A stretch of DNA of 64,000 nt from an uncultured Solirubrobacterales bacterium (GTDB lineage Bacteria > Actinomycetota > Thermoleophilia > Solirubrobacterales > Solirubrobacteraceae). The stretch is from the NCBI GenBank assembly GCA_963743725.1, contig CAVURH010000008.1:924-64923 (forward strand), given 5' to 3'. Shown piece after piece: positions 58,076-64,000 of this stretch (its first letter is position 1; each line of letters begins with the position of its first letter). The notes beneath the pieces were generated by a model. It searched no databases, had not been told where the DNA came from, and saw nothing but the letters and a program-made list of their open reading frames with translations. Made by a program: the position numbers and the translations under genes.

Positions 58076-58402
58076 ATGCCCAACCTGGTCGTCATCAAGG
58101 TTCTCGGCCGCGTCCCGGGGCTGCGGCGCATGCCGGTTGCGAAGCTGCTGGTGATCGGTGAGCTGGCTCTGCTCGCACAGGAGCACGTGGGCAGGCTCGA
58201 GCCGGCGGAGCGCCGGCGCGTCATCCAGCTGATGCGCCGCGCGCGCGGACGCCCGAGCAAACTGAGCCGGCGTGACCGGGCCGAGCTGGCCGCGCTCGTC
58301 GCGAAGGCGAACCCCCGGCTGTTCGTGGGCACGGCCGCGGACAAGCTGTCGCCGGTGCGACTGCCGCGCCGCGTCGTGCGCGGCCCCCGCCGCAGGGTCT
58401 AG
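58076..58402 (+). CDS. Hypothetical basic protein
   Basis: 108 aa from the ATG at 58076 (MPNLVVIKVLGRVPGLRRMPVAKLLVIGELALL..). No family recognised. Confidence 0.4.
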   Translation: MPNLVVIKVLGRVPGLRRMPVAKLLVIGELALLAQEHVGRLEPAERRRVIQLMRRARGRPSKLSRRDRAELAALVAKANPRLFVGTAADKLSPVRLPRRVVRGPRRRV

Positions 58403-59164
58403 AGCCGGCCCGGCCGTCTCGGATCGAACTCCGTCGCGACGATCCGCTGGTCGTGCACGTCTGCCGCGGCGTCGGAGGCCAGCCATACGACCGGTGGGCC
58501 CATGATCGACGGGTCGAGCAGGTTCGCGCGGATCTCGGGCGGGGCGCCGTCGGGAACCATCCCGGTGGCCGTGGCGCCGCCCGGGAGCACGATGTTGACC
58601 GTCACCGGGCTCCCGGCCAGGTCCGCCGCCATCACCCTCGCCGCCGCCTCCACGGCCGCGCCTGACGGTCCGTACGGGATGAAGCCCCGGCGTGTCATCG
58701 TGGCCTCGTTCATCGAGATCACGATGATCCGCCCGCCGCCCGCCGCCAGCATTCGCGGGGCCGCCGAACGGGCGACCAGGAACGACCCCGTGACCTTGGT
58801 CTCGACCACGTCACGGAAGCCGTCGGGCGAGACGGCCCAGAACGGCTGCGGCTCGGTCATGAACCGCGGGTTGACCGTCCGCATCCCGATGCCGGCATTG
58901 CTCACCAGCACGTCGAGGCCGCCCCATCGCGCGTATGCCTCGGAGATGCAGTGCTCGACCGACGCCTCGGAGCGGACATCGAGCTCGAGCCCGATCGCCT
59001 CCGGGCCGATTCGCGCCGCGGCGGCCTCGGCGCGGCTCGCGTCACGGCTGGTCAGGACCACGCGCGCTCCGGCCTCCGACAGCGCCTCGGCGATCGCGAG
59101 GCCAATCCCGCTGCGTAGCCCCGGTCACGAGCGCGCGGGTCCCGTCGAGCCGACCTGTCTCCAT
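58399..59164 (-). pseudogene. Short-chain dehydrogenase/reductase (SDR), +1 frameshift near 59110
   Basis: METGRLDGTRALVTGAT is followed, after one extra base, by GIGLAIAEALSEAGARVVLTSRD in the ORF 58399..59061 frame. NAGIG is present. Length is 766 nt, which is 3n+1. Confidence 0.8.
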
Positions 59165-59232
59165 GCTCGCCAACACTACCCACGGTTCGGCTCCGGTCGG
59201 CGGGCCGCTGAAAAGCGCGTTAATCTCGTACC

Positions 59233-60423
59233 GTGCGCTTCCGCGCTGACCGTCCGCTGGGGCTGGCCCCCGCGACCGCGCTCGATTACCGCGAGCTCGC
59301 CCGGCGTCGCCTTCCCCGCCAGCTCTTCGATTACATCGACGGCGGCGCTTACGACGAGACGACGATGCGATCGAACGTCTCCGACCTCGAGAAGGTGCTC
59401 CTGCGGCAGGTCGTTATGCGCGACGTCTCGACTCGCGATCCCGCCGTCGAGGTCCTGGGCCAGCGGCTCGCCCTTCCGGTGATCCTCGGTCCGGTCGGCC
59501 TGGGTGGGATGTTCGCCACTCGCGCCGAGGTCCAGGCCGCGCGCGCGGCCGAGGCGAAGGGCGTTCCTTTCGTCGAGTCGACGGTCTCGATCTGCGGCAT
59601 CGAGGAGGTCGCAAAGGCCACCTCGGTGCCGCCGTGGTTCCAGCTCTACGTGATGCGCGACCGCGGCTACGCGGAGGAGCTGATGGCTCGCGCCCGGGCG
59701 GTCGCGGCGCCGGTGCTGGTGCTGACGATCGACCTCGCCGTCGTCGGGGCCCGCCACCGGGACACCCGCAACGCGGTCACCGGCACGCCGTCGCTCGCGG
59801 CCAAGCTGCTCCGCGGGCTGGATCTCGTCTCGCATCCGCAGTGGATCCGGGACGTCCCGATCTCAGGCAAGCCGCTGACGTTCGGCAATCTCGAGAAGGT
59901 GGTCCCGAACGCGCGGACGCCGGATGCCTTCCGCGAGTGGGTGGATGCCCAGTTCGATCCGAGCGTCACCTGGGACGACATCGCTTGGGTGCGCGAGCAC
60001 TGGGACGGACGGCTCGTCGTCAAGGGAGTGCTCGATCCCGACGACGCCCGGCGTGCCGTCGAGGTCGGCGTCGACGGCGTGATCGTCTCCAACCACGGCG
60101 GCCGCCAGCTCGATGCCGTTCCATCCACCGTCCGCGCGCTGCCGGACATTGTCGAGGCGGTCGGGGGCGAGGTCGAGGTGCTGGTCGACGGCGGCATCCG
60201 GACCGGGCTCGACGTCGTCAAGATGGTCGCGCTCGGGGCCAAGGCCGTGCTGATCGGGCGGGCGTGGGCGTGGGCCGTCGCGGCCCGGGGCGAGACCGGC
60301 GTCCGCCACGTCCTCGACGTGCTCGCTTCCGACATCGACGTCGCGCTCGGGCTCACCGGGCAGACCTCCATCGCCGCGATCGACCGTTCTGCGCTCTACT
60401 CGGCCGACGTTCTGGCCCGGTAG
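59233..60423 (+). CDS. FMN-dependent alpha-hydroxy-acid dehydrogenase/oxidase (L-lactate dehydrogenase-like)
   Basis: 396 aa. FDYIDGGAYDETT, VSNHGGRQLD, GGIRTGLDVVKMVALGA. Confidence 0.9.
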   Translation: MRFRADRPLGLAPATALDYRELARRRLPRQLFDYIDGGAYDETTMRSNVSDLEKVLLRQVVMRDVSTRDPAVEVLGQRLALPVILGPVGLGGMFATRAEVQAARAAEAKGVPFVESTVSICGIEEVAKATSVPPWFQLYVMRDRGYAEELMARARAVAAPVLVLTIDLAVVGARHRDTRNAVTGTPSLAAKLLRGLDLVSHPQWIRDVPISGKPLTFGNLEKVVPNARTPDAFREWVDAQFDPSVTWDDIAWVREHWDGRLVVKGVLDPDDARRAVEVGVDGVIVSNHGGRQLDAVPSTVRALPDIVEAVGGEVEVLVDGGIRTGLDVVKMVALGAKAVLIGRAWAWAVAARGETGVRHVLDVLASDIDVALGLTGQTSIAAIDRSALYSADVLAR

Positions 60424-60429
60424 GCGCCG

Positions 60430-60891
60430 GTGGGCTCGCTCCGCTTCACAGCGACCCTCCAGGCCCGGGGGCCGGCCGCCGCGGTGGTGCTCGACGACGA
60501 GAAGGTCGCCGCGATTGGCGAGGGAGCCAAACGCTTCCCCGTGCGGGCGACGGTCAACGGCTACAGCTGGCGGACCAGCGTCGCGCGGATGGGCGGCGAG
60601 TTCCTCGTCGGGCTGAACCGCGAGGTGCGCGAAGGGGCGGGGGTGGCCGCAGGGGACAGCGTCGAGGTGCGTCTCGCGCTCGACACCGAGCCGCGCGAGG
60701 TCGTGGTCCCGAAGGCGCTCGCCGACGCGCTGGCCGGCGACGCCGCGGCTGCGACCGCGTTCGAGAAGCTCGCCTATACCCACCGCAAGGAGTACGCGCG
60801 TTGGATCGACGAGGCCAAGCGCGATGAGACGCGCGAGCGTCGCGTCGTGCAGGCGATCGAGATGCTGCGCGAGGGGAAGACCCGCAGCTGA
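60430..60891 (+). CDS. DUF1905 + YdeI/OmdA-domain protein
   Basis: 153 aa. RFPVRATVNGYSWRTSVARMGGEFLVGL and YTHRKEYARWIDEAKRDETRERRVVQAIEMLREG. Confidence 0.8.
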   Translation: MGSLRFTATLQARGPAAAVVLDDEKVAAIGEGAKRFPVRATVNGYSWRTSVARMGGEFLVGLNREVREGAGVAAGDSVEVRLALDTEPREVVVPKALADALAGDAAAATAFEKLAYTHRKEYARWIDEAKRDETRERRVVQAIEMLREGKTRS

Positions 60892-60910
60892 CCGGGTCTA
60901 TGATCGAACC

Positions 60911-61477
60911 GTGCCCGATCGTCTCCACTTCACCGATTCCGACGAGGCCAACGCGCTGATCGCCTCAGACCCGATGGCGCTGCTGGTCGGGTTCGCGCTC
61001 GATCAGCAGGTGTCGGTTCAGAAGGCGTTCAGCGGACCGCTCGCGTTGCGCGAGCGACTCGGGTCGATTGACGCCGAGACGCTGGCCTCGGCCGACCTCG
61101 AGCCGGTCTTCCGCGAGCGGCCGGCGATTCACCGGTTCCCCGGCTCGATGGCGCAGCGCGTCCACGACCTCGCCGTCCACATCCGCGACAACTACGGCGG
61201 CGACGCCGCGCGGGTCTGGACCGACGCGTCCGACTCGGCGCAGTTGCGCGCGAACCTCGAGGACCTCCCGGGCTTCGGCGAGATGAAGGTCAAGGCACTC
61301 GGCGCCGTCCTCTCCAAGCGGTTCGGAGTCGCGGCCGCCGACGATCTCGTGCCCTGGCATCCGACGCTCGGCGACGTCGACTCGCGGCAGGCGCTCGAGG
61401 ACTATCAGGCCGCTAAGCGGGCGCACAAGGCCGAGTGGAGCGCAGCGCGGCGCAGCGCGGGGAAACCCGCGGCATAG
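60911..61477 (+). CDS. HhH-GPD-type base-excision DNA-repair family protein
   Basis: 188 aa from the GTG at 60911. ALLVGFALDQQVSVQKAF..LEDLPGFGEMKVKALGAVL. Confidence 0.7.
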   Translation: MPDRLHFTDSDEANALIASDPMALLVGFALDQQVSVQKAFSGPLALRERLGSIDAETLASADLEPVFRERPAIHRFPGSMAQRVHDLAVHIRDNYGGDAARVWTDASDSAQLRANLEDLPGFGEMKVKALGAVLSKRFGVAAADDLVPWHPTLGDVDSRQALEDYQAAKRAHKAEWSAARRSAGKPAA

Positions 61478-61589
61478 TCCGCGTCAGGACTCCAGTCGAT
61501 CGCCGAGCGCCCCGCTCGCATGGCCGACGCGGTGCAGGAAAGGAACGTTGCGCGCGCCGCTGACGATCGGTTACAGTCGTCCCGGGGCT

Positions 61590-62474
61590 ATGCGGAGTCG
61601 TATCTGGTTCACAGCGAGCATCGCCGTGTTGTGCGTCAGCAACTCGGCGTTCGGATCCACGCACATGCGGGCGGCGAGCGCGCTCAACGGCGCGGAGATA
61701 TACGGAAGGGTTCACTCGGTGCCGGCGCACGCGCCGTTTGACCTGGTCGAGGCGATCAACACCCGAGGCGTGATAGTGCAGAGCGAGGACCCCAACGCTT
61801 CCGGGCAGTTTCGCTTCTTCCTGCACCCCGGCACCTACATCGTCGTGTCGACCGCTGACAACCCCCACGGCCAGCATTTCGTCTCGGCGAGCCATCCGCT
61901 GCGTGCCCACTCCCGGAAGCGGGTTCCGGTCGGACTGCATCTTCGGAAGGTGAATGCGGCCAGTGCCCGCGGCCGCGGGCCAGTTGCAAATGGCGCGATC
62001 GTGTCAGTCGGCGATGTCCGCGTCGTTGACGCGGTGTTCGGATCGGTCGCTCCCGGCAGCGATCTGCGACCGACCGTGATCAACCGATTCCTGAACTTAT
62101 GCTCATCTCAGGGAACGATCATGGTGGAGACTGACGCCCGGTTCGTCGCGTACGCGAAGCAGGAAGCGGCGCTATCGCGAGCGGGCAAGCTGTCAACGCC
62201 ATTCGATTACAGGCCGTTCAAGCCGCAGTTCACGATCACCGGTCAGGCGGAGGTCACTCGATCGGACATGCCGGTGCCGGATCAAGTTGGCTTGATCGTC
62301 AAGCTCCAGATCGTCGAGTTGAAGAACGGCCGCGTGGTCGCCAAGGCCCAGTCCGGGATCCCCGACAGCAAAGGCGCGATCCTCAGCGAGGAGAGCATCC
62401 TCGGCGCCGTCGGCGAAGCCACTCGGCGACTCGCGATAGCCGGGTGCGGCGCGAACCCGCTGATCGGTCCATAG
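61590..62474 (+). CDS. Secreted hypothetical protein
   Basis: 294 aa from MRSRIW. Signal peptide ..SIAVLCVSNSAFG. The N-terminal beta-sandwich-like segment is GRVHSV..GQFRFFLHPGTYIVV. GC content is locally lower. Confidence 0.55.
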   Translation: MRSRIWFTASIAVLCVSNSAFGSTHMRAASALNGAEIYGRVHSVPAHAPFDLVEAINTRGVIVQSEDPNASGQFRFFLHPGTYIVVSTADNPHGQHFVSASHPLRAHSRKRVPVGLHLRKVNAASARGRGPVANGAIVSVGDVRVVDAVFGSVAPGSDLRPTVINRFLNLCSSQGTIMVETDARFVAYAKQEAALSRAGKLSTPFDYRPFKPQFTITGQAEVTRSDMPVPDQVGLIVKLQIVELKNGRVVAKAQSGIPDSKGAILSEESILGAVGEATRRLAIAGCGANPLIGP

Positions 62475-62552
62475 CTCCCGTCTACCCCGATGTGGATGCT
62501 CGCGTAAGCCGTGAGCAGCGGATCTTCGCTGTCCGGATTGCGCCAAGCGATC

Positions 62553-62822
62553 CTAGGGCCGTCTGTAGCCGCGTGACGCCCCGACGATCTGGGGGCGGCG
62601 AGGGTCAGGGAGGCGGTTCCTATCTATACGGGAGAGCCACGCATACGACCTCACAAGCTCCGCGTTCGCCCGACCAGTCTTTGATTGGGTAGCACCGCTG
62701 GTCGACGGTTCGGCTTGACCTTCTCGCCGGCGCTGTGCGACTGACCTTACGCCGTCGAGCGCAAGCCCGACGATCAGCACGAGAAGCGCCGCGATGCCGA
62801 ACATGGTCAAGATCCCGATCAT
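62553..62822 (-). CDS. Hypothetical small single-pass membrane protein
   Basis: 89 aa. N-terminal helix MIGILTMFGIAALLVLIVGLAL. The remainder is unconvincing. Confidence 0.25.
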   Translation of the reverse strand: MIGILTMFGIAALLVLIVGLALDGVRSVAQRRREGQAEPSTSGATQSKTGRANAELVRSYAWLSRIDRNRLPDPRRPQIVGASRGYRRP

Positions 62823-62993
62823 TCGCTGATGCAGTTACCCATCCTGAGTCTGATTTACGCTTTATTTTCTGGCGAGGCGCCTTGACGCTCGGGTGGTGCT
62901 GCGGACCTCCAAGCGCGCGCAAAAAGCCGAATGGTCGAAGGCCCGCGCGCGGTCTTAGCGCGCGAGCGTTGAACGCGCAACAATGATCGCGGC

Positions 62994-63614
62994 ATGGGTT
63001 CCGTGGTGGATCCACTGAGCGCCGAGACCTCGCCGTCGCTCGCGGCGGTCGTTGCTGCGGTCGATTTTGCCCGCAGCGGCTTCCGAGACCAGACCTCGCC
63101 GGACGGCATGATGACGGTCGTGTTCACGGACATCGAGGGTTCGACGGAGATGATGGAGCGGCTCGGCGAGGCGCGCTGGCTTGAGGTCCTCCGTGCTCAC
63201 AACGGTCTTGTGCGCCGGGTGGTCTCGCGGCACGGCGGCGCGATAGTCAAGTCTCAGGGGGATGGGTTCATGGTCGTCTTCTCGAGTGCCAGCGCAGCTC
63301 TGACCTGCTCGGTAGACGCTCAGCGGACGTTCGCCGGATACAACGCCGCCAACCCCCAGCAGCCGTTGCGCGTACGCATCGGTCTCCATACGGGCAACGT
63401 TTTCCAAGAGATGGACGACTTCCTGGGCAGGTCGGTTGTGCTCGCAGCCCGTATCACCGGGCGCGCCCACGGCGGCCAGATTCTCGTGTCGGCAGCTTGT
63501 CGGGACTACATCGAACACCTGGGGCGGTGGCGCTTCGGTCCATCGTCGGAGCTCTGCCTGAAGGGTCTGGCAAGCGCGCAACGCGTCCACTCGGTCGACT
63601 GGGCCACCCCCTAA
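62994..63614 (+). CDS. Class III adenylate/guanylate cyclase domain protein
   Basis: 206 aa. VVFTDIEGSTEMMERLG..GGAIVKSQGDGFMVVF..VRIGLHTGN..GRSVVLAARI. Confidence 0.8.
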   Translation: MGSVVDPLSAETSPSLAAVVAAVDFARSGFRDQTSPDGMMTVVFTDIEGSTEMMERLGEARWLEVLRAHNGLVRRVVSRHGGAIVKSQGDGFMVVFSSASAALTCSVDAQRTFAGYNAANPQQPLRVRIGLHTGNVFQEMDDFLGRSVVLAARITGRAHGGQILVSAACRDYIEHLGRWRFGPSSELCLKGLASAQRVHSVDWATP

Positions 63615-63844
63615 GGAGCGCGATCAACGCGAACCTCCGATCGGCACAATCGAGCCGTCCGGTGGGCGTCCGCGCTATTCGGTGCAGCAACGAGTACGGT
63701 GGTTCGTAGACCGGACGTCCGTTCGCGGTCCTGGGGCGTTGTTCTTAGCGGCTGTCTCTGCGACGGCCTGATTCAACGAGTTCTTTGACGCGCTCGTCGA
63801 AGGGCAACCAACGCGGCAATGAGCCGCAAAAAGGAGAAGACACC

Positions 63845-64000
63845 ATGTACGTGGTCATTCGAAGCTATTCAGGGCAGGGCGGCTCGGAGTTGTTCGATGC
63901 CCTCGCCAAGAGGGACGAGGACGTCAAGGCGCTCATCGGCACGGTGCCGGGATTCGTCAGCTACGCAGCGTTCCGCGACAACGGCGGCGGACAGACCGTG
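63845..64000 (+). CDS. ABM-like protein, 5' partial (runs off the window)
   Basis: AAAGGAGAAG lies 4 nt before the ATG at 63845. MYVVIRSYSGQGGSELFDALAKRDEDVKALIGTVPGFVSYAAFRD. Confidence 0.5.
   Translation, partial: MYVVIRSYSGQGGSELFDALAKRDEDVKALIGTVPGFVSYAAFRDNGGGQTV

Noticed and set aside
56729-58402. Class I/II lanthipeptide biosynthetic gene cluster around the LanC-like gene
   Set aside because: There is no LanB, LanM, LanKC or LanL dehydratase, no LanT/LanP, and no Cys/Ser/Thr-rich precursor ORF. Only the standalone cyclase-like protein is supported.
2871-59110. Programmed ribosomal frameshifting as an explanation for the frame breaks
   Set aside because: The break sites show no common slippery heptamer or downstream structure. 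They occur in unrelated genes in both the +1 and -1 sense, often in short G/C runs. Indel error or ordinary mutation is far more parsimonious.
62553-63614. Pycsar/CBASS-like antiphage module (cyclase plus membrane effector)
   Set aside because: The small membrane ORF is on the opposite strand, upstream, and weakly supported. No effector gene is co-transcribed with the cyclase, and the downstream gene is ABM-like.
1-64000. Encapsulin shell gene, transposases, integrases, toxin-antitoxin pairs and restriction-modification genes
   Set aside because: I searched the six-frame track for their hallmark motifs and found none, so no mobile-element or defence-island call is made.

Overview
A 64 kb window at roughly 70% GC with about 60 protein-coding genes. 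There are no rRNA genes, complete tRNA genes, CRISPR arrays or recognisable mobile elements. Gene content looks like an Actinomycetota chromosome arm (inference from codon bias and protein families; no database search was possible).

Main gene groups:
- Detoxification and stress paralogues: five VOC/glyoxalase genes, two SRPBCC, three or four ABM-like, two YdeI-like and two GNAT genes.
- Three efflux systems.
- A TetR-controlled aromatic-catabolism operon.
- A GH65 phosphorylase / beta-phosphoglucomutase operon.
- phoU.
- An ECF sigma / zinc-finger anti-sigma pair flanked by msrB and msrA.
- A kinase / arylsulfatase string.
- A cytochrome P450.
- A standalone LanC-like protein.

Best candidate system: a tightly overlapped minus-strand unit at 49.6-53.2 kb, in the order IclR regulator -> PAPS-type sulfotransferase -> type III polyketide synthase -> DyP peroxidase. 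The DyP carries an encapsulin cargo-loading tail (..DGSLRIGSLREEG), but no shell gene is present in the window.

Second signal: one ECF-type promoter motif, GAACC-N16/17-GGTC(A/T), occurs three times, in front of msrB, msrA and the anti-sigma/sigma operon.

Caveat: at least 17 single-base frame breaks interrupt otherwise well-conserved genes, roughly a quarter of all genes. This looks more like uncorrected indel error than biology, and it affects many coordinates. All product calls come from motif and family recognition by eye, not from searches.
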